This document shows positions 47,358 through 57,094 of a stretch of DNA of 64,000 nt, one piece after another. The position numbers and the translations under genes are program-made. Position 1 is the stretch's first letter; every line of letters begins with the position of its first letter. Source of the stretch: Nitrososphaerota archaeon (GTDB lineage Archaea > Thermoproteota > Nitrososphaeria_A > Caldarchaeales > Caldarchaeaceae). The notes under the pieces are model-generated. The model saw only the letters and a list, made by a program, of their open reading frames with translations, was not told the DNA's origin and made no database searches. The stretch covers positions 1-64,000 of the forward strand of contig JBEPYN010000001.1 of assembly GCA_041641305.1 (NCBI GenBank), written 5' to 3'.

Positions 47358-47760
47358 CTCTCTTGACGAGGACGGCGTTTATCTGAGCTATCGCCTCGCT
47401 GATCGTGTCTCCCCTAACTGTGACACGTTTCCTTAACCCCTTAATCAGCCGTCTGGCCCTCTTCTTCTTCCTCTTGGAGGGAGGCTTCCGCCGCGGATGA
47501 AACCCAGGTCCCCCTGAGAGCAAAACCCTCACCTTACGAGGACCTGAGACGTCTGGACGCATGGGGAGCCCGTCTTTGTCAGTACCTCCGGTTATCCTTA
47601 TCAAGTATCCTTTGTAGCCGAAAACTCCCCCGTCAACAGTCTCCCCAATTCTTTTGCCAATCAAAAGCGTGAGCTGCTGAGGTGTAAGTTGGATGGTCGA
47701 GGCTTTCTTCTGGACAGGGTCTGACAACACCATTCGAGGGCCAGCTGCTTGCTGCGACAT
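47335..47760 (-). CDS. rps6e: Ribosomal protein eS6
   Basis: LIGKRIGE, ITGGTDKDGLPM, VRGD.I...IAQIN. Confidence 0.95.
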   Translation of the reverse strand: MSQQAAGPRMVLSDPVQKKASTIQLTPQQLTLLIGKRIGETVDGGVFGYKGYLIRITGGTDKDGLPMRPDVSGPRKVRVLLSGGPGFHPRRKPPSKRKKKRARRLIKGLRKRVTVRGDTISEAIAQINAVLVKRGEEDVAG

Positions 47761-47799
47761 CTAAACACCATCGCCTATGCTCAGCAATTTAAACATGAG

Positions 47800-50046
47800 C
47801 TACCTCGCCCACAGGGGGTTCTTCACACGCATTATCTCCACAAGCTCCTCCAAAGTTTTGAGGGCATGAGGCTCCAGCATAGCGGCATAGTTTGTGAGCA
47901 GCTGGCGGGCGTCGCGTTCGGGGACAGCGACATAGAGCTCCTCGTCGCCGTGAATAGTTCGGCCGACCACAGCGTCTCGGATGGAGACGGCCACCTTCAT
48001 TCCAGCTTTGGCGAGGCTTATCGCCTGTCCTCTATCCTGTATCTGTGAGAGCTGCCCCACGGTCTTGCCCAATTTATTGACCAGCTGCACACCCGGACGA
48101 ATTTCGCCAGCCAAAACCTCCACACCCACTATAGCAGGCTCACTACGTCTGAAAATGAAGTCCTTCAGTATCTTTATCTTGCCAGGCTTCACAAGCGACT
48201 CAAACTCAGCCGCTTGCCTGGCTCTAACGGTTTCGGCGACCCAGCTCTCATATTCTTCTACAAGGCGGAAAAGGACATCGTTTTTGAAGATGCGGACACC
48301 CTTCGAAAGAGCTTCACGCTCCAGCTCTGGGTCAACTCGCACCCCGTAAGCCAAGATTACGCCTAGGAGCTCATCCTTCAAGTGGACGACATGGGCTTCG
48401 ACTATGTCGCGTTTGGAGACATCCCCGATGTCAGCCATTCGTATTAACACACCTTTGTCACGAAGATAGTTGACCGCTGCTTCCAGTGTTCCAAGTGCAT
48501 CGGCCTTGACCACAACCCCTATTTTGTCTGTCGAGAGAATAAACTCCTGAGCCTCCTCCGCAACACGCCTAAGATCCTCTACCTCGTTTTTCACAACCAG
48601 TAGAGGTGATCCGGCTACGGCGTCCTCAAGCATTTCGGCAACCATTTTGACGCCAGCAGCCGCCGAAATCTGGTCGATGCTCTTCAGCCTATCACGTGGG
48701 TCGCGTATCTCGTCAAGTGGTTTGGGCAACAGAAGCGCCTTGACTTTCGACGTTGTAGGGCCTCGGCGTGTGAGAAAAGCAACCTTTTCGCCAACCCTTA
48801 ATGTTCCTGTGTGAATAAGAATGTTAGCTGTGGCGCCGAAGCCCTCTTCCTCTACAATCTCGAGGATGACACCTTCACATCTGTCCTCCCTTTTCATTAG
48901 ACGCTGCTTCATAAACTGCTGAGCAAGTCCGAGGAGAAGCAAGAGGAGGTCGGGTATGCCTTCGCCTGTCTTAGCGCTGACGGGAATGATGGCTACGGTG
49001 TCTGTGAACGACTTTATCCTAGTGTAGAGGTCTGACCTGAAGCCGAGGAAACTGAGGTCCCCCATCAGGTTATAAATCCTGTTGTCGAGGTCTTCGGCGA
49101 CGGCTTTCTGCTGGTTGTTGTATGTTTTTATGAATGGGGCGTTGGGCGTAGGCCGCCATCCGGGTATCATGTCTATTTTGTTGGCGGCTACCACGAAGGG
49201 TGTTTTCCTAGAGCGAAGAAGCTGGATGCTTTCCCTTGTCTGTTCTTGGACACCTTTCATGATGTCGATGACGAGGATGGCCATGTCGGCGACGGAGCCT
49301 CCCCGTTTCCTGAGGTTGGAGAAGGCCGCGTGCCCCGGTGTGTCGATGAAGAGGATGCCGGGAATTTCCAGCTTGACTTTGAGCTCTCCCAGTAGCTGTC
49401 GACATGTCTCCTCTATTGCCTTTATGGGGAAGATCGTTGCCCCGATGTGCTGTGTTATGCCACCGGCCTCCCTGGCGGCGACGAGGGTTCCCCGCATCTT
49501 ATCAAGAAGGGAGGTGTTGTGGAGAATGATTTCTTGTGCTTCGTAGAAGTGTGTCGGGGGCACTGTGAAGTCGTAGACGTAGCGGTAGCTGGGCTTGGTT
49601 TTTTCGATGGCTTCTACAGTTACGAATGTGACTTGTTTTCCTCGCAGGCTTAGCAGCCTGTCTCCCGGCTTTAGCCTATCAGCTCTTACGAAGACATGTA
49701 GAAAGTTGTTCACAGCCTTTGCGTAGGGATGCTCGGGTGTTGTTTCGACGGTTTCTCCGTTGGAGAGATATATTCGGGTCATGGTTTTTGGTGCACGTCT
49801 TCTCCAGAGCAGCATAGCCTCGGCCTCGCGATTATCTGTCAGGGTCACGAGGGTTGGTTTCTTCTGCGGCTCCACAGCCACCCCATCGGAAACATGGTAG
49901 ACTTTTCCACCTCTGGCGTATGTTCTGAACATATCCTCGGCGGAGACATAACCTTCCCCAGTTTCGTGTATGAGTGTCCATGGGGCAACGCATTTTCCAT
50001 GGTCCACATGGCCCAGAACAACCACTATCGGCTCCCTGTAGCGCAT
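47800..50046 (-). CDS. infB: Translation initiation factor aIF5B (IF-2), intein-containing
   Basis: GHVDHGK|intein|TSLLD, EAGGITQHIGA, DTPGH, NKID. Confidence 0.97.
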   Translation of the reverse strand: MRYREPIVVVLGHVDHGKCVAPWTLIHETGEGYVSAEDMFRTYARGGKVYHVSDGVAVEPQKKPTLVTLTDNREAEAMLLWRRRAPKTMTRIYLSNGETVETTPEHPYAKAVNNFLHVFVRADRLKPGDRLLSLRGKQVTFVTVEAIEKTKPSYRYVYDFTVPPTHFYEAQEIILHNTSLLDKMRGTLVAAREAGGITQHIGATIFPIKAIEETCRQLLGELKVKLEIPGILFIDTPGHAAFSNLRKRGGSVADMAILVIDIMKGVQEQTRESIQLLRSRKTPFVVAANKIDMIPGWRPTPNAPFIKTYNNQQKAVAEDLDNRIYNLMGDLSFLGFRSDLYTRIKSFTDTVAIIPVSAKTGEGIPDLLLLLLGLAQQFMKQRLMKREDRCEGVILEIVEEEGFGATANILIHTGTLRVGEKVAFLTRRGPTTSKVKALLLPKPLDEIRDPRDRLKSIDQISAAAGVKMVAEMLEDAVAGSPLLVVKNEVEDLRRVAEEAQEFILSTDKIGVVVKADALGTLEAAVNYLRDKGVLIRMADIGDVSKRDIVEAHVVHLKDELLGVILAYGVRVDPELEREALSKGVRIFKNDVLFRLVEEYESWVAETVRARQAAEFESLVKPGKIKILKDFIFRRSEPAIVGVEVLAGEIRPGVQLVNKLGKTVGQLSQIQDRGQAISLAKAGMKVAVSIRDAVVGRTIHGDEELYVAVPERDARQLLTNYAAMLEPHALKTLEELVEIMRVKNPLWAR
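49516..49992 (-). mobile_element. Mini-intein (159 aa) in the aIF5B P-loop, no homing endonuclease
   Basis: Starts with Cys (CVAPWT); block B TPEH; block F YVYDFTV; ends HN before Thr+1. Confidence 0.93.
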
Positions 50047-50105
50047 CCCAGTGGAAGTAACAACAAGTATAACTAAAAGTTATCACAAAACTTGTTAGCA
50101 AAGGT

Positions 50106-51086
50106 TTGACGATAGTTCTGGGCATCGAATCCACAGCCCATACATTCGGAGTCGGCATAGCGACCGACGATGGTAGGATACTGGCTAACATCCAGAAAAT
50201 CTATAGGCCGGCTAAGGGTGGGATACATCCGCGGGAGGCTGCGCAGCACCACGCCGCCAAAGCACCTGAAGCCTTGAGAGAAGCCCTGACGCAGGCTGGA
50301 ATAAGGCCCTCGGAGATTGATGCAGTCGCCTTCTCACAGGGCCCCGGCATGGGCCCATGTCTACGCACCGGCGCAACCGTCGCAAGAACGATCGCAACAG
50401 TTCTAAAGAAACCGTTGATAGGTGTGAATCATGGAATAGCTCACATAGAGATCGGGAAGCTTGTTACCGGGTGCGGAGACCCCGTAGTGCTTTATGTTGC
50501 CGGCGGCAACACCTTGTTAACAGCGCTTGTCAACAAAAGATACCGCATTCTCGGCGAAACCCTAGACATCGCCGCGGGAAACTGTCTCGATTCTTTTGGA
50601 ATAACGGCGGGTATAGGTCCTATGCCAGCTCCAGAGATTATGTCTAGTGAGGGTGACACGATTTACGAGCTACCTTACAAGGTTAAAGGAATGGATGTCT
50701 CCTTCTCCGGCATATTGACCGCCGCGGAGAAGTTGCTACAGCAGGGTAGGCCGCTTCCAAATGTCTGTCTATCCCTGACCGAGACTGTATACAGTATGTT
50801 GACCGAGGTGACTGAAAGGGCTCTTGCTATGCTTGATAAACGTTCTCTTCTTCTTGTCGGGGGTTTGGCGAGAAGCAGACGACTGTATAACATGCTTGAG
50901 ACGATGTGTAGAGAGCGTGGAGCAAGGGTTTACGTGGTTCCAGACGAATACGCGGGCGACAACGGCGCCATGATCGCTTGGACAGGTGTGCTCATGCTCC
51001 AATGCGGAGCCACAATTCCTGTTGAACAGAGCCATGTGAATCCCCGGATGAGGATTGACGAGGTGGAGGCTTGCTGGAGCAGTTAG
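50106..51086 (+). CDS. kae1: KEOPS t6A synthase Kae1
   Basis: LGIESTAHT, GGIHP, GPGMGP, VNHGIAHIE, GETLD, DNGAMIA. Confidence 0.96.
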   Translation: MTIVLGIESTAHTFGVGIATDDGRILANIQKIYRPAKGGIHPREAAQHHAAKAPEALREALTQAGIRPSEIDAVAFSQGPGMGPCLRTGATVARTIATVLKKPLIGVNHGIAHIEIGKLVTGCGDPVVLYVAGGNTLLTALVNKRYRILGETLDIAAGNCLDSFGITAGIGPMPAPEIMSSEGDTIYELPYKVKGMDVSFSGILTAAEKLLQQGRPLPNVCLSLTETVYSMLTEVTERALAMLDKRSLLLVGGLARSRRLYNMLETMCRERGARVYVVPDEYAGDNGAMIAWTGVLMLQCGATIPVEQSHVNPRMRIDEVEACWSS

Positions 51087-51715
51087 ATTTTGTGGAGAAC
51101 CGCGTCATCAGAGTTGGTGCAGAAGCCGTCATAAAGGAGATGCGCTGGAAGGGGTTAAGACTTGTCGCAAAGCATAGGGTTCCCAAAGGCTACCGAGCGG
51201 CTGCCATAGATGAAAAAGTGAGGAGAAGCCGTACACTCCACGAGGCCAAAATGCTCTCCCATCTATCGGAAAACGGGTTACCTGTTCCCCTTGTCCTTTT
51301 CATAGACCTTGCCAACAGCATTATCTACATGCAGTTTATCGATGGGGTTGAGCTCCGAACCCAACCTAGCCCAGAGAGATACGCTGAAAGGCTCGGAGAA
51401 ATTATGGCATCTATGCACGACATGGACATCGTTCATGGCGACCTGACCCTTGCAAACATAATCGCAGACGGCGACACAGGGATTTGGCTGGTTGACTTCG
51501 GCCTCAGCGCCTTCAACGCAGACCTCGAGGAAAAAGCGGTCGACATCCATCTCCTCGAACGCTCGGCCACAAGCACCTTTCCAGAAAAAGCCCGAGAATT
51601 CACGCATCTGTTTCTACGGGGGTACAGTGGAGTTGTCGGCCGCGAAAAAGCCAGAGAGGTTCTCGAAAAAGTTAAGGAGATTAGGAGCAGGGGCCGTTAT
51701 GTTGACCGTGGATAA
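51071..51715 (+). CDS. bud32: KEOPS kinase Bud32
   Basis: GAEA, HGDLT..N, DFGL, RGRY C-terminus. Confidence 0.94.
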   Translation: MLEQLDFVENRVIRVGAEAVIKEMRWKGLRLVAKHRVPKGYRAAAIDEKVRRSRTLHEAKMLSHLSENGLPVPLVLFIDLANSIIYMQFIDGVELRTQPSPERYAERLGEIMASMHDMDIVHGDLTLANIIADGDTGIWLVDFGLSAFNADLEEKAVDIHLLERSATSTFPEKAREFTHLFLRGYSGVVGREKAREVLEKVKEIRSRGRYVDRG

Positions 51716-52280
51716 CCTCATCTTCGTAACCTCCAACCCTCACAAGGCCGAGGAAGTGCGGCGAATCTTTCGAAAACATGGACTAAAGCTCCACATCCAT
51801 AGTATGAAAACTCTCGAAGTGCAGTCGACCAGCCTCGCCGAGATAGCGTGTCTAAGCGCAGCCCAGGCATACGCAAACCTTGGAAAACCGCTCTTCGTAG
51901 AGGATTCCGGGCTCTTCATAGACGCTCTAAGAGGCTTCCCAGGCCCCTACTCTTCCTACGTCTATTCGACTATTGGGGTTGAAGGCGTTTTGAAACTGGT
52001 TGGGGAAAATCGTGAAGCGGTCTTCAAATCCGTCATCTGCTTATACGGTGTAGGGGATAAACCGCTTTTCTTCACCGGAGAATCACGCGGAAAAATAGCT
52101 GATGAGTCGCGGGGAAAGCGCGGGTTCGGCTTTGACCCCATTTTCATACCGCGGGGAAGCAGGAAAACTCTTGCAGAAATGTCTCTTGACGAGAAAAACC
52201 GGCTGAGTCACAGAGGGAGAGCTGTGGAGAAAATGGTGGAATGGATTTATAAGGTCCGCGGCAGGTTAGCTGGAAGGTAG
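51699..52280 (+). CDS. Non-canonical purine NTP pyrophosphatase (HAM1/RdgB)
   Basis: TSNPHK, EDSGL, FPGPYS, GFGFDPIF, SHR; probable start at 51699. Confidence 0.93.
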   Translation: MLTVDNLIFVTSNPHKAEEVRRIFRKHGLKLHIHSMKTLEVQSTSLAEIACLSAAQAYANLGKPLFVEDSGLFIDALRGFPGPYSSYVYSTIGVEGVLKLVGENREAVFKSVICLYGVGDKPLFFTGESRGKIADESRGKRGFGFDPIFIPRGSRKTLAEMSLDEKNRLSHRGRAVEKMVEWIYKVRGRLAGR

Positions 52281-52284
52281 TAAC

Positions 52285-52719
52285 ATGGCTAGAATGCATG
52301 CGTCGAAGAGAGGCAAGTCGGGTTCTACGCGGCCACTGAGCAAGGTTCCTCCACCTTGGCTGAAGCTGACGCCTGAAGAGGTTGAGTCGCTTGTCGTCAA
52401 GTATGCAAAAGAGGGTATGCCGCCAAGCATGATAGGCGTGGTTCTCCGCGACCAGCACGGCGTCCCCTTGGTCAAAACGGTAACAGGCAAAACTGTTCTG
52501 CAGATACTTGAAGAACACAATCTCAAGCCTCCTATCCCAGAGGATCTTCAAAACCTTATGGAGAAAATCAGACGCATGCGGATACATCTTCAGAAAAACA
52601 AATCCGACGGGCACAACATTCACAGACTGCAGCTGGTGGAGTCCAAGGTTCGGAGACTTCTCAAATACTACAAGTCACGTGGCATACTACCGCTTGAGTA
52701 TGATCCGTTGAAGGCTTGA
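52285..52719 (+). CDS. rps15: Ribosomal protein uS15
   Basis: MARMH..RGKSGS, IG..LRDQHG, IPEDL, ESKVRRL.KYY. Confidence 0.97.
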   Translation: MARMHASKRGKSGSTRPLSKVPPPWLKLTPEEVESLVVKYAKEGMPPSMIGVVLRDQHGVPLVKTVTGKTVLQILEEHNLKPPIPEDLQNLMEKIRRMRIHLQKNKSDGHNIHRLQLVESKVRRLLKYYKSRGILPLEYDPLKA

Positions 52720-54182
52720 AAGAGTTGGAGGGAGATTTACAGGGATTTGTTAAAGAGGCTGAAAAAGCGGCTGAGAGAATACGAAGTTGGATTGCTCAAG
52801 GAGAGTTCATAGACATCTTCACACACAACGACGCCGACGCCCTCTCCTCAGCGGGAATAGTTGCGGCCGCTCTCAGGAGAGAGGATGCCCGGTTCAGGGT
52901 GAGGTCGCTTAACCGCATAGATGACTTCATCGAGCTCTTTAACAGCGGCTACATTGAGGCAAAATGCATAATTTTCACAGACATGGGCAGCGGCTACATA
53001 CCGGAGCTTGCACAGCTCATTAGCAGAAGGTCTGTCGCCATCCTCGATCACCACGCTCCTGCCCAAGCTTCACTCCCGCCTGACTGGGTGCATGTCAACC
53101 CGCATCATCACGGCTTCGACGGAGCACGAGAGATCAGCGCCTCAGGAGTGGCCTACTTTGTCGCAAAGGCCCTCAACCCAGCTAACGTCGAACACTCCCC
53201 AATCGCGGTGGTGGGCGCGCTCGGAGACCTGCAAGACAAAAACTCTCAGAGAAAACTTCACGGACTCAACGAATACATAGTCGCCGAAGCCGTAGAAAAC
53301 CAGCTCTTAGAAGTGAAGGATGACATAATACTCTATGGACGAACCTTCAGGCCACTGCATGTCTCACTCGCTATGACAACAAGCCCCTACATACCTGGTC
53401 TAAGCGGCAACGAGCAAGCTGCCTACAGTTTCCTGATATCCCTTGGAATCGAGGTGAAGGAGGGGGAGCAGTGGCGTACTTTGGCAGACCTATCAGAGGA
53501 TGAGAAGAAAAAACTTTACAACGGCCTGATTGAGTATCTCATTTCCAAAAACCTGCCGACAACAATAGCCAACGAACTCATAGGTAAAACATACGATCTC
53601 GTCAAGGAATCTGCATGGACATATCTAAGCGATGCGAGAGAATTCTCAACCCTCCTCAACGCATGTGGAAAATCGGGTAAGGCATGGGCTGGAATACTTG
53701 TGGCCATGGGGGCCCGTTCGGAGGCTTTGGAGGAGGCTCAGAGAGTGCTCGAAGAATACCGTCTAAGCATAGCACGGGCCATGGATTATGTTTCCCAACC
53801 AGGCGTGCTCGAGGAACTTTCTCACATAGTGGTTCTCAAAGGCGGAGATGTGATTGATTACAGGCAGATAAGCTCGGTGGCGTCCATACTATCTTCATCG
53901 GGGCTTTTGCCGACGGATAAACCCTTGATAGCTTTGGCTAACGCGGGTAAGACAGTGAAAATATCGGCCCGCGCATCCAAGCAGCTTGTTGACAGGGGCC
54001 TAAACCTCGGAGCTATTCTCAGCCGACTGGGTGCACAGTTCGGCGGAAAGGGAGGTGGCCACAACATAGCAGCCGGCGCCGAGATACCCTACGACCACAT
54101 GATAAAGTTCTTGGCCGAGCTTGACAAGGCGGTGGGAGAAGATGTCGCATCCTCTAAAAGTGAGATCACGCATCACGATTAA
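52716..54182 (+). CDS. DHH-family RecJ/Cdc45-like nuclease
   Basis: HNDAD, TDMGS, DHH, GALGD, GGGH; rps15-DHH-pcc1-rps3ae context. Confidence 0.9.
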   Translation: MKELEGDLQGFVKEAEKAAERIRSWIAQGEFIDIFTHNDADALSSAGIVAAALRREDARFRVRSLNRIDDFIELFNSGYIEAKCIIFTDMGSGYIPELAQLISRRSVAILDHHAPAQASLPPDWVHVNPHHHGFDGAREISASGVAYFVAKALNPANVEHSPIAVVGALGDLQDKNSQRKLHGLNEYIVAEAVENQLLEVKDDIILYGRTFRPLHVSLAMTTSPYIPGLSGNEQAAYSFLISLGIEVKEGEQWRTLADLSEDEKKKLYNGLIEYLISKNLPTTIANELIGKTYDLVKESAWTYLSDAREFSTLLNACGKSGKAWAGILVAMGARSEALEEAQRVLEEYRLSIARAMDYVSQPGVLEELSHIVVLKGGDVIDYRQISSVASILSSSGLLPTDKPLIALANAGKTVKISARASKQLVDRGLNLGAILSRLGAQFGGKGGGHNIAAGAEIPYDHMIKFLAELDKAVGEDVASSKSEITHHD

Positions 54183-54423
54183 GCCAAAAAATAGCCAAGA
54201 CGCCGCGGTCATCTACCACGCTTTAAAGCCTGACGACAAACCTCTACCAAAGGGTCTTTTCGTCGACACTAGGCTGGAAAACGACTTGGTCGTGATAGAG
54301 GTTGTATGCGAAAGAGGACTCGCCTCTTTTCTCGCCACGGTTGACGACATACTTAGGAGCGCCTCTTTATCTGAGAAAGCAGCCGAAATGGTCCGGACAA
54401 ATAGCTATATAAAGAAAGAGTAA
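54142..54423 (+). CDS. pcc1: KEOPS subunit Pcc1
   Basis: IYHALKPDD, SFLATVDDIL; conserved gene position. Confidence 0.8.
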   Translation: MSHPLKVRSRITIKPKNSQDAAVIYHALKPDDKPLPKGLFVDTRLENDLVVIEVVCERGLASFLATVDDILRSASLSEKAAEMVRTNSYIKKE

Positions 54424-54438
54424 CCCCATAGACCAGAG

Positions 54439-55053
54439 TTGTCGAGAAAACCGAGTGAGCAGAAAAAGCCCAAGAAAACCTACGAGATCTATGCTCCACC
54501 ATACTTTGGCGGACGATGGCTTGGGTCAACGATGGCCGACGATCCTTCAAAGGTTTTGGGCCGAGTGTTGAGAACAAGCCTTTACGCCATAACCGACGAC
54601 TTCACCAAGCAATACATGCTATTGCGTTTCAGAGTAATCGATGTCAAGGACAGCGTCTGCAACACCATATTCTACGGACATGAATATGGCCGAGAATATT
54701 TGAGAAGCCTCGTCAAACGTGGAACTAACAAGATAGAATACATCTTCGACGTGGCCACCAAGGACGGCTTCGTCATACGCGTCTACCCTATCGTGTTCAC
54801 CACCTCCCGAATATCATCCTCCAAGAAAAAAGCCATCAGGAAAATTATGCGCGAGGTTTTGGAGGAAACTGCTGCTAACCTGTCTCATGATCAGCTTGCT
54901 CAGGAGCTTGTGCTCGGAAAAACCGCGTCCGACATATACAACAGGGTTAAGAAGATTGTGCTCCCCCGTCACGTCGGCGTATACAAGAGCAAGATAATCA
55001 AGCTGGGTAAAGTAGAGACGGCTCCGCCCCTAGAGCAGGAGGCGTCAAGTTAA
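54439..55053 (+). CDS. rps3ae: Ribosomal protein eS1 (S3Ae)
   Basis: YAPPYFG, GRV, EYLRSLVKRG, TKDG. Confidence 0.95.
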   Translation: MSRKPSEQKKPKKTYEIYAPPYFGGRWLGSTMADDPSKVLGRVLRTSLYAITDDFTKQYMLLRFRVIDVKDSVCNTIFYGHEYGREYLRSLVKRGTNKIEYIFDVATKDGFVIRVYPIVFTTSRISSSKKKAIRKIMREVLEETAANLSHDQLAQELVLGKTASDIYNRVKKIVLPRHVGVYKSKIIKLGKVETAPPLEQEASS

Positions 55054-55383
55054 TTGGAGATGGATGTTGAGGAGTTTAGGCGGCGTTTTCCAAACCTCTA
55101 CAGGGAGATAGTGGAGAGGAGGATGGCTATCCGTGTCTCTGGTGTGAGGAATATGAAAAATTTCGCTGAAGAGGATGCATCTTCCAAAACTCCTTCTGTC
55201 ATTGATTATCTGCGACGATGCGACACCGATGACCAGGGACGTGAGGTCATCAACTATCTGCGCCGGAGAGGAGAGATCTCTAAGGAGGCGGCGGAAAGCC
55301 TGCTCAAGCAGCTGGATGAAAAAGGGATAAGAAGCTTCGGTTCACGGAAACAGCCTGGACATTATTTACGGGAGGGCCTTTAG
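55054..55383 (+). CDS. Conserved archaeal protein (DUF2095-like)
   Basis: FPNLYREI, PSVIDYLRRCDT, GIRSFG. Confidence 0.75.
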   Translation: MEMDVEEFRRRFPNLYREIVERRMAIRVSGVRNMKNFAEEDASSKTPSVIDYLRRCDTDDQGREVINYLRRRGEISKEAAESLLKQLDEKGIRSFGSRKQPGHYLREGL

Positions 55384-56588
55384 CCCCTTTTCTTTGCGGA
55401 GACGATAGATATAACTTCGCTGGGTTTTAACAGGTGGTCATCGGCGAGTCTTAACCCCGTCCTCGCATCAACCGCATAGAGATAACTTTCTCCAAGCTCT
55501 GTGTGTATTTTGTAGGCAAGCTGCCGTGGTGTAGAGTTGCGGGGCATCAAGTATACGTCTGGGAGGATGCGGCCCTCGTGGTCTGTGAGGGTGTGTGGGT
55601 TCTCGACAGGGTAGACAGGTATGTAGCCTAGTTTTTCAAGGTAGGCCATGTTAACCAGCTTCTGTACACCTGTTCCACCCCATTTCTCGAAGACGTTCTC
55701 CCTGATGTATTCGAGTGCCTTTTTCTGCTGCGGCGAAAGCTTGGACTCGTCAACCACCTCGAAGCCGCTGTCGCCTGGGACGTATTTCACCAAGCCTTTT
55801 GAGGCCGCGAGGCGCAGGGTTCTCTCAGCCTCTGCAGAAATGGGAACCACGTCATATCCTCTTTGAACAAGCTTCTCCACGTTTTTCTCCGAGCCTTTAA
55901 CATCAGCCTTGTTAGCGGCCACGATGAAAGGCTTTGACCTTCTCCGTATCATGGTTGCCAGTCTGAGAAGCTCCTCATCTCTCCAAGACACGGGCTTAGA
56001 CCTGTCTAAACCTGCCGCGTCAATCGCATCTGAAACCATGTTCTCATCAACACCCAGCCCCGAAAGCTTCCTTGTCAGCTCCAGCGTCAGCGAAACCTGC
56101 TTGGCTTCCGCGGCCCTCGATATCCTCGGCCAGTCTCGTGAAACAATCTCGGCCAGCCATGCGTCGAACTCGTCGAGAACCATTTCGACGTCTTCTACAG
56201 GGTCGTGGGTGAAGGGCTCGGTTGGAGTGCCGTCTCCGAGTGTTGCACCAGAGGCGTCTGCAACTATGATTAGGAGCGAGGCCTGCCTTATCTCGTCGAG
56301 AAACTTGAGGCCGAGGCCCTTCCCTTTGTGAGCCTCACGTATTATCCCGGGGCAATCAATTATCTGTATGGGGACAAGCCTCACACCGTCTATGCAGACA
56401 GAGTTTCTCGGATTGTCTCTGACACCGAGTTTTTTGCAGACGCATTCTACCCTTACATAAGTGACGCCGACGTTGGTTTTCTTGGTTGTGAAAGGGTAGT
56501 TGGCTATATCGACGTTTACCATGCTGAGGGCTGAGAAGAGGGTGCTTTTCCCGACGTTAGGTTTCCCAACTATACCGGCTATCTCCAT
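55380..56588 (-). CDS. ychF: YchF/OBG-family NTPase with TGS domain
   Basis: GKPNVGKST, ANYPFTT, DCPG, NKAD, LAYKIHT. Confidence 0.92.
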   Translation of the reverse strand: MEIAGIVGKPNVGKSTLFSALSMVNVDIANYPFTTKKTNVGVTYVRVECVCKKLGVRDNPRNSVCIDGVRLVPIQIIDCPGIIREAHKGKGLGLKFLDEIRQASLLIIVADASGATLGDGTPTEPFTHDPVEDVEMVLDEFDAWLAEIVSRDWPRISRAAEAKQVSLTLELTRKLSGLGVDENMVSDAIDAAGLDRSKPVSWRDEELLRLATMIRRRSKPFIVAANKADVKGSEKNVEKLVQRGYDVVPISAEAERTLRLAASKGLVKYVPGDSGFEVVDESKLSPQQKKALEYIRENVFEKWGGTGVQKLVNMAYLEKLGYIPVYPVENPHTLTDHEGRILPDVYLMPRNSTPRQLAYKIHTELGESYLYAVDARTGLRLADDHLLKPSEVISIVSAKKRG

Positions 56589-56590
56589 AT

Positions 56591-57034
56591 CTAGTGAGTC
56601 TTAACCGCTGGGTGACTGGGGTCTAGGGCTACAACTTCATACCATCGATATAGTGAATCCTGTGCTAGGGGGTAGGCTCCGAGTGGCTTGAGGTTGGGGA
56701 AGTGTTTGCGAAACCTTTGAACCGCCTCCTCCTTAATCGAGACGTTGACCTTGTGTCTGACCACACCGATTGCTTTTGGTCTTCTTCCAGACCTTGGCCT
56801 CGGCTTGCTGAACCCGCCTCTCCGGACCCTCACCAGAGCGACAACATAGCCTTGTTGAGCTTTGTAACCAAGGGCTCTGGCGCGATCCATCCTCAAGGGT
56901 TTCTCTACACGCTCAACCGCTCTCATCCTCCGCCAAGCAACCATCCTCTTCCTCAGCAGGGAGCGGAGAACCTCGGGCCTCTCGCGCCAAAGCCTCTGCA
57001 TCATCTTATACATGGATGTCAAGCTAACATCCAT
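56591..57034 (-). CDS. rpl15e: Ribosomal protein eL15, C-terminally short
   Basis: RARALGYKAQQG, RVRRGG, GRRPK, EVVALDPSHP. Confidence 0.9.
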   Translation of the reverse strand: MDVSLTSMYKMMQRLWRERPEVLRSLLRKRMVAWRRMRAVERVEKPLRMDRARALGYKAQQGYVVALVRVRRGGFSKPRPRSGRRPKAIGVVRHKVNVSIKEEAVQRFRKHFPNLKPLGAYPLAQDSLYRWYEVVALDPSHPAVKTH

Positions 57035-57094
57035 TGGAAAGGGTTGTTCTTAAACCTTGAAAACCTAATAACGCGTAAGATGCGAAAAGTCTGG

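Noticed and set aside
50106-55053. KEOPS/HAM1/DHH cluster as a novel system
   Set aside because: Standard archaeal kae1-bud32-HAM1-rps15-DHH-pcc1-rps3ae arrangement.
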